NCBI RefSeq assembly: GCF_026571515.1
Contig: NW_026864381.1
Coordinates: 124,001-188,000, forward strand
Source of the DNA: Ruditapes philippinarum
Lineage: Eukaryota
Reading direction: 5' to 3'
DNA: 64,000 nt
Part shown: in pieces, positions 11,901 through 26,900 of the stretch
Layout: each line of letters opens with the position of its first letter
Position numbering within the stretch: the stretch's first letter is position 1
Translations under genes and position numbers: made by a program
The notes under the pieces: model-generated
Told to the model about the DNA's origin: nothing
The model's input: only the letters and a program-made list of their open reading frames with translations
Databases searched by the model: none

Positions 11901-14900
11901 TGTCGCATTGCGGCGCTTCTTGTTTTTAAACGTATTTCTATAAAACAAGGGAACTTTTCATTACTTATACAGGAAGTATAGATACAAAGTCTATAGAAAG
12001 CAGACATTATGCAATCAACAGTAATTAAAAAATTCCTTTTTTTTCTTACGAGGCATTTTTCACAACTTGGTGTTGGTAGCATTTTCTTAGTGTTGAAAAA
12101 AGGACAACTAAATATTCATTGTAATTCCTGTCTTCAAAGTCTCTATATCATTTAACAGTTATCCTAGATTACTTAAACATTCCTAAATTTCTCACAGTTC
12201 TTTGAAAGATATATGCAATTTCAGAAGAGGCTTAAATGTTTCAGAACTAGTTTTGCAACCTATGTTTATTTGTTTTGTTTATTTTAGTTGTGTAACGTGA
12301 AATGTACAGGAGCAAGTGCTTTCAAGATGCATATTGAAGGCAGGCAACATAAAAGTGTAAGTTTAAAATATTTTATATCTTTGCATAATATGATCTCCTT
12401 TCAGAAATCAGTTATTTTCTTACATTAAGATATTTATCTTTAGTAATCTTATTAAATTTCAATATTTGTGATAAAAAGTCTCTGAAATAATTTCATGATT
12501 TTTACAACTTTCTTGTACAACAGTATTATTAATAAAAACAAGCTTTTATATAATAAATTTGTAGTTTGTTAAACATTGTAAATTGATATTGTTAAAATGG
12601 TATGAATCATTAGTTACATTAATAAGTCAAATGGAGAAATTTTAGGAGATCAGTTCAAGTTAATTTGTGGATTAGTTTTGATATGAAAAAGAAAGACAAA
12701 AAAAACATTCTCATTTTGTGATTTAAAAAGCATTGGTTTATCATTTTCCGTTCTTATATTATTAATACTTGTACATTTGTATATATTTGTACATGCACAT
12801 GCATTTTGTTAGATGATAAAATAGTGTCATTTAACAAGCATATTTAAATGTGTTTTACACTTTGACACACTGGTATGCAATATGAATACTGTATAAATTG
12901 ATATTTTCACACATCAAAAAGTTCCCAGCATTCATTATTTCAGAGTTTTAAGATATTTCACATGTGGAAACATTTGTGAATCCCAAATTACTATTTTTAA
13001 GAATAAAATCTTCAGTAATACCTTCAATATTTCGTATTGGTTGAATGAATATTACTCCCAATTTCATCATGTGTGTGAAAACTGAAATCTATTTATGTTA
13101 CTAAGCACAGACTACTGTTTGAATACCTGGGTGATGTCACACTGGTAATGTCAGTCAGGTTTATCAATGATTCATTGGTAGAATGATTATAAGATTGAAA
13201 GTTAGCAATTGTTCTAATATCTACCAAGTTACTGAAAGACATGGGAAATTCTTACTGGCTGATATTTTTCGCTATTTTCATAAACTTACATAAAATGCTA
13301 ATATTTCCATGTCACTTACTTTACCACTTATACAGTAGATAATTGATAGCAAAAAGCTTTCTGAATAATTTCCTATATACAGTGATGAAATTGTCAAGCA
13401 TTAATTGCTTGCGTAGAAAATCTTTTGAAGTTTCCTAATAAAAAAAAAATGATTAAGTTTGCCACATGCATTATAAGCTATTGGTAGATGTAATACCTGA
13501 AGGAATGAAAAGAAGCAAATTGAAAGAAATGTTTTTGATGATAAAATGACAAGAAAAGCAATTTGTTTTCTTGTTATTAAATAATTGATTAAAATAGAAT
13601 TTCAGAAATCTATATCAAATGTATTTTAAAATCTCACAAGTTGTTACAAAGGATGTAATACTGATACATAAAAGTTGTCTGTTTTTATGGTCAATATCTT
13701 CAATACTAACAATGCTATCACTGGTACATTGAAGCTTAATATGTGGATTCACCTTTATCACAAAGCATTTGTGGTCCTTAATTTAGATCAAAGACCAAGT
13801 TTCATAACTCTGGCATAGAATTTTTATTGAATTTAAATTTTTCCCCTTTATGAATGAAAAAAATTTTGGGGGCAAAAAAAGCGACTTGGTTAATTAAGCA
13901 TGAAAATAGTAAACCCCCTGATTTTTTGATAGTTTTCTTGAAATTTTTTGTTGTTTTTTTCTTTAATGTCTATAATAGGTAAAAATATTGAAATTTTAGA
14001 CTAAAATTATTTGTTTTGTAATTTCCCTTTAATTTTTATGGACATAAATTTTGGTTTGTAAAAAAAAATTTTTTTGTGGGGATTTAAAAATTTTTGGGGT
14101 GTTAAATTTTTCGAGAAGGTTAAATGTCAATAATGTAATGCAAAATAATCTTACAGTGGAGATGGATCTTAAAATTGTAGATTGACCTATCCACAAAAAC
14201 CAGGAAAATAAGTGCCCCACAAATAATAATGATTTTTGCAATATTTAAGCTTTTTCTGCAACCAGAAATTGGCTTAAATAGCATAGTAGTAAGATTAACA
14301 AAATTTATTTGAAATAAAAAGAACAGTGTTGCGTCACTACCAGTACTTGATTCTGTGTACAGGTATTTTGATGTTTGACTCTGTGGCGAATTTTAGCCAA
14401 TTATTGAAGCGAGCGCGGAAAAAAAACTTTTCAATTCATGCTTATGAAACAGTTTAAGGAATTACTTCTTAAAAGTTTCTTCTTGGCATGGATTGAAACA
14501 CTCAAATCTCGAAGGACAGTTATAAAGGATTTAAGGAGAATCAGGTTTAATGCAAGGGTTATGTTTATACAACAGTAACATGTCACAAACCTTTGCTGTA
14601 AATCTGTTAAAAAATTACATCATGGTCCGGGAATTTTTAAAGAGTGTGTATTTATTTTTCTAAGTTTTTTTTATGAATTCTGTTTGTTTGCCTATAGCAG
14701 CAAAATCAAAATATTGTGAAATGAATCAAAAATTCTTTTTGTTTAAAATTTAAAATTATCAAATTTTTAATGAAAGACGGTTGGTTTTCGGAGATATTTT
14801 CCGGGTAAAAATTTAAAACAATTTTTTTTCATTTAAAGGGAAACTTTTTTGGGTTTTAAAATTTAAAGAATAAAATTTTTACGATTTTAAAATTAACAAA

Positions 14901-17900
14901 AATTTTTTTTAAATTTTGTCAAAGAATTTTGGGGTATAAAAATTATTCCCATGAAATTAATTTATGTTCCATTTGGTCCTAAATTTTTGGCCCTTTAAAA
15001 TGATAAATTGGAGGTCACTATCCATTCACGAAAAACCCTGACATGGTTTTGAAAAATTTAAAAGATTTCCAGGGGGTTTTTTCCCTTATCTTCAAAAATT
15101 TACTAAAGATTTTTTTGAAATTTAAATTTTCCCCCTAAATGTTTTTATAAAATCTACCGATAGTCAGTAACTTATTGAAATGAGAAAACTCTTTTATATT
15201 TAATTTTCTTGTTCTGGCACTCTTTTGAAAAAAATAAGCTTGATAAATATATACATAGACTTAGGCAATGGATAACCTTGTACAAACTCTTTTAGAATAT
15301 AATGCATATTATACATGTATGTTTCGTGTTTGCATAATAAACTTCATTATTATAGAAATTAGAATAAAGAAATTATAAAAAAAAATAGCCATGGAGTTAT
15401 TTGCTCATAACACTCAATTTAAGCTATACTATTTGAAGAATAATGGGGCTGTATTATTCAGAATAATGGGTGTGATCATTGGCTTAGCACTCTGGTTTAA
15501 AGTTTTGCATACATACTCATATCATGTCAACTTCTAAAAATATTTTCTTTTAACTCTACCCCATGTCTTTGAGGTCATAATCTAAAGTTACTATCCAAGG
15601 AATAAAATGCAGACATGCATTTTAATTGAATTATGGACTTTTTGAAATAGAAAATTCCTAGTTTTACATGAAAGATCAGTCTTCAAAACTACTGAAAGTT
15701 TATTCACTTGTAACTTAAAACATGCCTTCAGAAATCTTTGTGCAAGACCAACTTTTGTCATGGATTTTGAATGAATTTTAGTTTATTTGTAAACTTAATA
15801 AATTTTCTTGTTAATGTTTCTGATTCAATTTCAATCTTCTAAACTATTAAACTTTTCTGCAGCAGAAGACCAGGATCATGATTAAGGTCACTGTCCAAGG
15901 CCCATAACTCTGACATGAACTTTGAGTGATTACTGGCCTTTAATGAACTTAAAAAATTCCTGGTTAAAGGTACTTGCTGATGGTATATTCTAAATGATAT
16001 ATCAAAATTATATTTGGGAAAAGTCATTTCCAAAAAGAAATAACTTGGCATGGTTTTTGGGGATAAATTTTTTGTCACTTAATGCCCTTTCTGGGAAAAA
16101 TTTTTCAAGTTTCCTGTTTTTTAATGAAAAACCCACTATAAACCCTTGAGAATAGTCGAGCATTTTTGGTTTTTTTCCGTCTTGTTTTGAAATTTTTCCT
16201 CTTGTAATTTTTTAACTTTATCTGGGCTCTAAAAACACTATAAAACTTAAAGAATAGTCGGGGCTTTTGCTTTTCCCAACAACTATGAAAAGCTCTTTGT
16301 TGATTTTATTGTTATCCCAATTGGTTTTACAATGGGTACAGTTTTTAAATGCAAGGATAAAAAGATTCCAAAAAGGGGAAATTTAAACCTTGCTGAAAAC
16401 CCTTTGTACATATGCAAACTTTCTTTTTAGAAAAATTAAAAAATTTTAGGAGAACACCTGTGTTGTAGTCAACCCCCTTAAAAAAATGAAAGGCAAGTTT
16501 TGTCATTCCTTTGATTTGTAACATAAGTTGATCATAGGGTTTTTAAGAATGCAGGGCATATTTCAGTGGTGAGAATGGTATGTATAGAATCCTAGGCACA
16601 ATATCCATACACTATCATATTGTTTTTGTTAATTAAGAAGGGTTACTTTATAATGCCATTTGTTTATATTTTTCATTTTCTTTATAAATGAAAATTTCTT
16701 ATCCTTTAAATGAGAAAAAAAATACAAAACTTTTTTTTTATTTAAATAAAAGTTTAAGTGATTCTTTAAAAGTGGTAGGCTAAAAGCTTTGTAACTTTAT
16801 GTTTTTAATGACTTTGTATTAAACAAGTTTTTTCTTTTCTGTTTCAGAACATAGAGGCTGCTAAACAGGGTGGTGAGTGAAATGATAATTTACTTTACCA
16901 AATCATTCTTTAAATTTGTATAAGATTTAAAAAAAACAAATTAAAAATTTAAAAAATGGTATATTAAGGATTAAATGTAATTTTATAATTCAGTCATGAT
17001 TGAAATTTCATGCCAGTATTAAGACATGGTTGAATCAAAAAAGGAGATATCAAATAACAAAAAAAAAAATAACAAAAAAACAAAAAAACAAAAAATGTAA
17101 AAAAGATTAATGTAGCGGAATTAGAACCGGCAAAATTTTGACATACTTCATTCTTAATTCAACTTTCTTTACTTGTCTGTATGATAAAGTCAATTTAGGT
17201 AAAATTTCACATGTTCGATAGACTGTGTGACAATCTGGGCAATACTGGCAGTTGATTTTTCTGCCTTTGCAGTAAAGAAAAGCAAACATTTAATTGGTTA
17301 CTTCCCTTATAAGAATCAAATTTAGTGTTTTGATTTGATTTGTAATTGAATATTTCCTTCAAAATAAATCCTTTTGAAGTCACTGTCTAAAAAATTTGAC
17401 AGTCCATAATTTCAACGATTTTGTTTAATACATCATATTACAATCTTTTCTTCTTCCACATTCGTTTTATATGACTTGTGTCAAGAACATGATGGTTTCT
17501 CATGTGTAAATCCCCTATTAGACGCACAAGGTTTTTCCGTGGCAATTTTGTTGTCAATAGAGCTGTCATTGATTCAGTGCAAAGCATATCAACAATATAT
17601 CGATATCAAGTGACTAAAATCAACGATACACCGATATATCGATAATATCCTATACTCACTTGTCTGTCATTCACTTTCATACCTGTTTCAATGATTTCAG
17701 TCAAAAACATGTTCTGTACAGTGTCTTGTCCACTGCATGATTTTTTTCTAGAAAATATTTTTTGTCACCATTGCTATGAAATAATTCCACTATATAACAA
17801 AAGCATAACATTAGATATAAATAACTGCTTCTGTATATATTTTGGGTGAATTTTATAATTTCTAGACATTTAATTTATTAGTCAAAAGTATCGATTTTTT

Positions 17901-20900
17901 AGAATGTGTATCGATTATTGATCGGCAAAAAAATATCAATGATACATCGATATTGTCGATATCGATGACAGCTCTAGTTGTCAACAGTGTGACATTTGTC
18001 CTACATCTCCCTGTTCTAACTGATATACATGTGTAGGAATTGATAGTTACATGAGAAAAAATAATATGAAATTTGATATTCAAAGCAGTAATTTAAGTTA
18101 GATATAAGCCTTAAACAGTTCAATAAGCAAAATACTGGATTCCCTTTGACATATCACAACTCATTAATTATGAAGTCTAGTATTTTACATATTTGACAGT
18201 TTTTGGCTTAGTTCTACTACTTGAAAATGACTGCAATCAGCATATTAAGGCCTTCTGTTGGACATGCTGTATTCTTATTCAGGAAATGAGCCGTGTCACG
18301 ACAAAACCAAGATAGTGCGTTTGTGACCAGCATAGATTATGTTGCTTTTGTAGTGACGCGGCTCAAATATATTCATATGTAAGAATGTAAGTATTATATG
18401 CTACACTGCAGTTTGTTTATCGTTTAAGAAGTATTTGTACAGGAATTTATAAGAAGATTGAGAGAAAAAAGCAACAGGAATATAGGTTGAAAAAAAACAA
18501 CTTGTATAGAAGTTTTGCGGAACAGATGAATTAGTATTGTCACATGGTATTTTGATGAAAACATCAATGTTGGTGATCTCAAGTTTTTGAGAGTTGAATC
18601 AGAGGAGAATGATTATATAAAGAAACTGTCAGCAGAGACTTACAAGAGACATGTCTTATTGCAAATGAAAAAACTGTCAAAGAATACACCAAAGCTGAAA
18701 TGTTTTGTTTAGAGACTTATGGAAGCCAACAGTGTTTTAGAGTTAACACCAGAAGTTGATACATATTCAGGAGAAGCCAAGAAGCCAAAACTTTATAATG
18801 AAAAGAAGAATTTACAAAATGTTTATATTCTGGAGGATGCAGTTTATCAGAGAAAATCAGTTGAATGTTGAGATGAAATCAGATGTGAATTCACTGTTTA
18901 AGATAAAGTTGTATTTACAACACAGTTGTAATGATGTGGGGCAAGGGATTTAAAAAAAACCTGATCTCATATTTGGTTTACAATATTCAGATAAGTTTAT
19001 TACTCTTAAATGATTTCACACCTTTGTATTGACTTTGTACAGTCATGGACCTAACTGCTTGATAAAAGGGACTGGGGCCTTCAGGTAGGAGAATTCTGCA
19101 TTGTTTTGAAGAAAATAGGGGAATTTTATCTTTCAACAACAGCTGGAGTGTAATAAACAAACCCATTTAATAAAAACAGTAATAACTCTTTGATGTGATA
19201 TCATTTTCAATATATAAAAACGTAGCAATAAAACGTGCTATTGTTGGCATTACACTATAGGCATGTCAATGAAAAATTGTGATAAATAGAATATTGTATT
19301 CAATACACAAATTATCACATACTGTGCTGCTTTTACAAAGATGGTATTGCACAGCTGTGCATATATTTGGGCATGACATCATTTGCATTATACAAATATA
19401 ATATAAAGACCTGCTTATTGTCAGCATTAATTGAAATGCCCTTCAATGAAATAGTGATGTCTTTTACTGTAAACGGGTCTAATTTTTGGTATGTGATACA
19501 TAGAGAATTTTTTTTGTGTGTGTAGCTTCATTTCTAAATTAAAGAACTTGTTGAATAAAAAAATATTTTGACCGCCATAGGCTTGCATAAAATATAATTT
19601 TATTCAACTTGTTCAATATATTCAGTATTGATCCTACACTCGTTCAATATTCTCTATTTATGCCATTCTTTAGATATGATCTGACATATAAAATGTCAAA
19701 GTTGCAATAACAATGTGTTTGATCCAGATACAGGAAAACAAATAAAGAAGACGAAGATAATCTCTCTTTAATGCATAATTTCATGTGTGAATGCTAGTTT
19801 GATTGTAACTTAGACTGATGCTACGAAAGGTAGCTTAATCTTTACCATGCTAAATAAATATATTAAATGGACTTGTCCATATTTCACATTCTGGACAAGA
19901 CCTTTTATCAATTTTATGGGAAAACTATAAATTATGTGTTGACTGAATATTGAGTAGTTGAGACCATGATCAGACAACACGGATGTGCCAGCTGATCTTG
20001 CACTTGTCTCATTGGTTACATTATTAACACTGGCTGTTAGCAGGCTAAGTATTAATAGCAAATTGTAGATAGTAACTTAGTACTACAGATCTACTGATCC
20101 ACATGGTTATTGTGCCCATTATTACATTGTCCAATCAAGGCAACATGCAGTTTGTAATACATTTACCGTTCAAGTAATTTAGCCTTTGCTACAATAGGTC
20201 ATCCTGCACATTGGTGATGTCTGACCAGGCTCTGTACTGTTACCCCCTCAGTCAAATGGACTGTTGGAGGGCGTCTGTGGCCGAGTGGTTAAGGTCGTTG
20301 ACTTCAAACCACAAACCACTTGCCCCTCACCAATTTGGGGTTATTTCATGTAAGGAAGCTATCCAGCTACCTTACGGAACGTGGATAGTTCTACTCTGGT
20401 GCCCATTTGTGCCTGAAATAATGCACGGAAGGGCATCTGAGGTCTTCCTCCACCAGTAAAGCTGGAACGTCGCCATATGTGATGTAAAACACAATGAAAA
20501 CAAACAAGTGAACTGTTCCAAATTCAGTGCAGGACAAATTTATAATACAAAATCAGCAATTGAAGAGTTAACATTAATATACTTCTGTAACTGAAAATAT
20601 CGCTTTTTAGCTTGCTTTTCTATGAAAAGGGGAGCTATCCTACTCGCCCCGGCGTCGGCGTCGGCGTCACACCTTGGTTAAGTTTTTCGTACCACCCCAC
20701 TTTATTTCAGAAGTATTACAAGTATGGCTTTGAAACTTACCATACTTGTTCACCATCATAACCTCCATCTACAGACAAGAGTACATAACTCTGTCAAGGT
20801 TTTTGACAGAATTATGGCCCTTTTTTGACTTAGAAAGTGTATTGAGCTTGGTTAAGTTTTTTGTACCACCTCACTTTATTTCAAAACCATTGGAGGTATT

Positions 20901-23900
20901 GCTTTGAAACTGACCATACTTGTTTACCATCACGACCTTCATCAACAGACAAGAGGACATAACTCTGTCAAGGTTTTTGACAGAATTATGCCCCTTTTTG
21001 ACTTAGAAAATACATTGAATATGGGTAAAATCCACTTATTGCCTTAACCCTTTGAGATATTGCTTTGAAACTTTTAATGCTATTTCACATCATTACCCCC
21101 ATCTGTACGCAAGAGAAGGTAACTCTGTCAGGGATTTGTTTTAAAAATTAAGGCCTTTTATCGACTTAGAATCTTGGTTAAGTTTTTTGTACCAGTCAAC
21201 TTTTTGACTGAACTGGTTGAGATATTAAATTGAAAGTTGGAATACTTGTTTACCATCATGGTCCCAAACATGGGCAGGAGAAGGTAATTCTGTTAAGGAT
21301 TTTATTTGAATTATGGCCCTTTTTGACTTAGAAACTCAGTTAAAATTTTCATTCTTGTCCACTTGTTGACCTAACCATTTGAGATATTACTTTGGAAGTT
21401 GGAGTTCTTATGTGCCATCATGAGACCTATCTGTAAGCAAGAGAAGATAACTCTGTGAAAATGTTTCTTGATTTGTACTTAGAAATTCCTAGTTAAAGTC
21501 TTGTGTGCCCTTAACTGTCAAAGTTTTGTTTTATAGGCAAGCACTAAAAAAGTCGAGCGCGCTGTCCTTCTGACAGCTCTTGTTTCACTGATTCTTACAT
21601 TTTTCATACGTTATCATTTATAAACCAGTGTTAAGTAAGGAATTAGCTGTTTTAAAGTTCAGTTCATTGGATGAAAAGCCAAGATTTTAGCATTTAATCA
21701 TTCAAGCGCCTTGTATGGTATGTACTGGAATACAGTATTAATTTTAGTGTGGTGCTCTAACAGTGAACACTTTATTTAGTCTTACTCTGTAATTTAGTCC
21801 TTATTTTGTTCTAAAGTAAAATATATGAAAATGAAAGAAAACTAATATTTAGCTCTTTTTTAAAAAAATTATTTAAAAGCATGAAGTGACTATTATAATA
21901 ATAATTTTCAAATACTATAAGATTATGATACAGATCACTTTTAAAATATGTAGCTTAACATACATGTGAATCAAAATGAACAAAAAATATATATACTAGG
22001 ACGAAAAAGAAACGCCGGGTAACCTATAATGATTGTTTTAAGGGATAAATTGTATTATTGGATTATTATATTCATTTTTGTATGAAATGTCATCTGTATG
22101 GAACCAGCTGTTGAAGTTTCAATCGATTTCCGATGCTGATTATGTGAAAAAATACCCCCTTTTAACGATGACCCTTCTTGTTTTGCGAAACACGGCCGGA
22201 CATATCAGTATCTTGTGTGTCCTCCATGCGCAGCTGTGGCAGCCCTGATCCGTCTATGCATGGAATTCACAAGGGTGTTAATCATGGCCATGGGGATGTT
22301 ATTCCATTCTTCATGCAAGGCATGTGTGAGCTGGACATGATTAGTGGGGGCATTTGGACGTCTCCTTACCCTCCTATCCAGTTCGTCCCACAAATGTTCA
22401 ATTGGGGACAAATCTGGACTGAATGCTGGCCAATCGAGTGGGTGTATGTTACTGTTGGCAAGAAATTGCTGGCAAACTCTGGTGACATGGGGCATTATAT
22501 AAATCTGACCGATTTTCATTATTTTAGGCCAAGCAATAAAATATGTGTTGCATATTTTATGTACCCGGCGTTTCTTTTTCATCCTAGTATATAAAGATAT
22601 TGTACTCACTTGTTAATGCATAAGGATGCTTAGAATGCATTTATTTATAATTTGATTGTTAATTGAAAAAATATTATCATGTTAAATTGATCGAACTTAA
22701 TACCATCCTTAAAAAAAAGTTGTGGAAAATACAATTGTGTCTCTTATTGTATTTCTCTGTACCATTATTTAATTATTTTTTTTTAGAAAATACACATGAT
22801 TCTATCAAGATAAATAAAATGAAATATTGTATATGCAGACATGAAAAATGTCAGACAGAAGAAAGATTCACAGTACAGAATAAAGAGATAGTTGAATTGA
22901 GTCTGTTACAATAATAATCATTTACATTAAAAAAAAAAGTGCATTGACTTTAGGAGAGCCTCTCCTATTGCTAATGAGCAATGTAATTAATAATAACACA
23001 TAGAATTTATAAAAAATTTATGATTAAATGTTTGAAAATTTAAATACTGCTTAGGATACTCTTTCTTCAAGCTTTTTTTTTTAAATGATTATATATGATT
23101 AATATATTATTCAAAAATATGTTGCTATATAGTTTTGAATATGTTGAACCTGACCAATAGACTATGAGATAATGTTTTGAGGAACAGAGTTTTCATTTGT
23201 ATTGATACTCGGTAATAAACTATATATATATATCAAACAGATTAGCGATCATCTTACAGTTATGTATACAATCAGAACTGCAATATGTTTTATTTTAGGC
23301 CTGATTACCCTACAGGATTTTCTAAAACTGGTTGGACTTGTCCAACTTCAGTTTTGAAACAATCTATTTTCAATAACTGAGATACAAGAACTATGTTTAT
23401 TTTCACAAGTATGGAAATACAAATATGATATTATATATATAAATAAGTCCATGAGAAGAGTTTTTGAACATGATATGTTAGGTTTAAGCAAAGGCACAGC
23501 CTTGATATTAAAGTTTCAGTAAAGAAAACATGTCAAAAACCATTCAACCTTCACCCCAGAAACATTTATTGTTTAAAGTGAAGAAGTTGGCAGTTTCTTG
23601 CTGAATGAAACAATTTGTACTTCAGTCAGGGCCAGGAATGTATGCAGAATGCAGAGTTAATGCTGAGTAAAGCTAGGTCTTCAGGTAGGGTTACTACTCA
23701 GTGGATTTTTGTCCATAAAGCTGAAGAATTTTTATTATAATTAAATTGATTTTTTACAGCAAAGATCAAGAAGAAAAAGCAAGCATCAAGTGGTGTCATG
23801 GTACAAACAACAGACCGACCATCAAAGTTTGCTGATATGGTAAAAGACAACCCAGCACCCTTACTGGGTGAGAATTGTTGATATTATGTCTTGTGATTTA

Positions 23901-26900
23901 ATCACTAACATTATTTTTACTATCCTTGCTTCATTGTTAAATCATTCTGAGAATCATCAGAAGTATGACAACACTTTAGTCATGTTGCTAAATGGGAAAC
24001 ACAAGAGCAACACAGTTGTTGGAAATGGCATACAATTAGTTGTTACAAGTTAAGTTCAAAGTCTTATAATACAAATACAATTTTTTGGGTGGTTGGAGTT
24101 GTAAATATTAGACACAAGCAAGCACCTGTGTAGGACCATTGAGCTTACATAGGATAGTTGGATAGCTTTAAAGCAATGTCACTAGCATGAATCATTAATT
24201 AGAGCTAAATTTGTTAAAGGAAAGTGATATTCTCCATTTAGGCTCCTTCTTTCATGAATATAAAGTAATGCATTTTTTTTTTATTCAGGTATCCTGGAGT
24301 ATTTGTAAAAATTAAAATTTTATATTCAGGTTGGGGGTATGTGACAAAATTTATATTTGATATTCAGGTCTGTCTAGAGTAGATGACAAAATTTGTACAT
24401 TTATTTGATATTCAGGTCTAGAGTATGTGACAGAGTTCCAGAAGACTGACATAAAGTCCCCAGCAAGATACGTATGTAATATGTGCGAGTCAAAATGTGA
24501 CGGTTCAACAATTATTCCACATGTTATTGGGCTCAGACATAGGCTTAAATACATGGTAAATATTTTCTACTTTATTGATATGTATTTTGTATGTCTGGCA
24601 TAGTTTTTGGGTTCTGCCTCCTTGAAAAGTTTACTTAGTCTATATAATTGACAAAAGTAAGCCATCAAAGTGAAGTCAGTCTTCATTTCAATTCAGAGCT
24701 TCTTTCACCTTTAGAGGAATTGGTGTAGGGCACAAAGCTGAGGAAAATGTGTCACAGAGGGGAAATTAGGGAAAATTTAGAAAAGGACAAAACAGTTCAT
24801 TGCTTGTTAAATATATCTATAAAGATAAACTGCGATAGACTGCATAATTCAGTATCTTGGTATTGATTCCTACAGACTTTTCCCTAATTTCTTAAAATAC
24901 ATACATTCTAAGAATAGGCTTTCCTGCATTTCCATGATGTCTAACCAGATGTACATACATTATAATGGGCTTTCCTGCGTATCCATTAAGTTTAACCAGA
25001 TGTTAAATTGTTAGCAGTAGATTTACTTACACATTTCAAACTCTTAACCTGTTGATTCTGTCTAATAGATTTACCCACCTTTGAATTTAGAACACTCCAA
25101 TCTATGTTTAAGGATTTCAATATTAGAATACAAGAATTGAGCTATCAACAAAATGCAGTGTTGCCAAGCTCTATACTGGTTGCTTAGGCTAATCACTTTC
25201 AGTTTCAACAGGTTAAAGGTTAAAATTCCAATATGAGCATTCAGCAGTTTCACCTTCAATACAGGCCTAGTCCATTGAACAAAAATAAAGGTATACATTT
25301 AAGTTAATCCTGTAGTAATCCTACCCATGCCAGTAGTGCAGACTTATATGTAGGAGCAGTAGTCCAGTGGTAGGACGCGTGCTTAGGGATCGAGAGGTCC
25401 TGGGTTCAAAACCCAACCAGGGGCACTGCTAATTTCCTTGAGCAAGAAATTTACCTGCGATTGCTTCACTTCACCAAGGTGTAAATGGGTACCTGCGAGG
25501 GTGGTATAATTCTGTTGCGCCAAAGTGTCGGCTGCACTAAGCGGAGTTAAAAGATTCCCCAGGGAGATTGATAGATAGATACCAGTAGCCCGATGACCAG
25601 GGGTAATAGCTGTAAAGTCGGTGAACGTGCGTAAGCATGAAACTTAGACTATAAAATGAAATTACTTTATATCAGCCTACATCAATTTTTCATGGTCTGC
25701 ACTGGTCTCTCTTTGGTCATTTCTTATTTTGAAAGTTGACCTAAAATTAATTAATGGTTTTGAATTGTTTGTAACACCCGATGTTAGCCAAAATTATTTT
25801 TCCTGTTTCAGCGCCATATGACCTAAATTGTGTTTGTGGGCTGTTAAACCAAACAAAATATGAAAAACCCATGCTGAATTGTTTCATCAAGATGGACAGA
25901 TGAATTAGTGTATTTAAGATATTTAGCATTGTAATGGTTGAGTACCTTTGTTTTTGAAGAATTGACACAAATATCCCACCTACATAATTATTTACTTATC
26001 TCATTCTAGTTTGTTTTTAAGGGTTATCATTTTGCATTAATAGGTGAGGTGTAATTTTTGTTTCAGCAAATAAAGAATCCACAGATGTACGAGCATATGA
26101 CAAAGTTTAATTCAAAGAAAAAGAAATCGGAGATGAATGCAAACCTTGAAGATTTTGCCATCCAGATTGAGAAAGAATTAGGGCGTTCTGAAGTCAAGAT
26201 AAAAGTTGAACTTGAAAACTTTGATGATGAAGATGAATTGAAGGTTGGTAATTGTTAGATTTTTAGAGAAAAAAAAAGCTGCACTAAGGTCCAAAAGTCT
26301 AAAAAAAATTGACATTTGAAAATCAAGATCAACCGGCACTCTTAAAATGGTAAAATACGAAAAGATGATAAAGAATTATACTGTGAGGTAAATTGAAAAA
26401 AAAAACAATATTTAGTCTAATTTGTGTTAAAAGGGTTTAAACAACTTTCTATTTTTGGTAATTTTAGGCAATAATTTAAAAAAAAAATTCAAGTATGTGA
26501 ATAATAAGAAATTTTGCTCACAAGTTATTGTTATAGACCTACATCAAAAAGTTGAAAACTCTCAGAAAAGATATTTCTTGTACTGTCATGTCTGAAAACC
26601 TTAAACATGATTGCTGCATTTTAATACAAAGTTTGACAAAGATTGAAGTAATATCACATGGAAATATCTGCTATATAAAAGTTGATGGGGAGGGAATGGG
26701 ATAAAAATACATCTCTGTCAAGCAAGGAATATCAACATGTCCCTGAGATGATTATGTTAATTATTATACTGTATTTCCAACAGGAAACAATGATAAGACA
26801 TTCAAAAGCATTGGCTGTTAAAGTTAAGGAGTTAGAAGAAGGTGTCACTGATACATTTGATGAAGGTAAGTTTAGAGGTAACATTGTCAAGTTCAGAAGT

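Noticed and set aside
22178-22594. 138-aa plus-strand ORF
   Set aside because: Antisense to the Tc1 transposase fragment.
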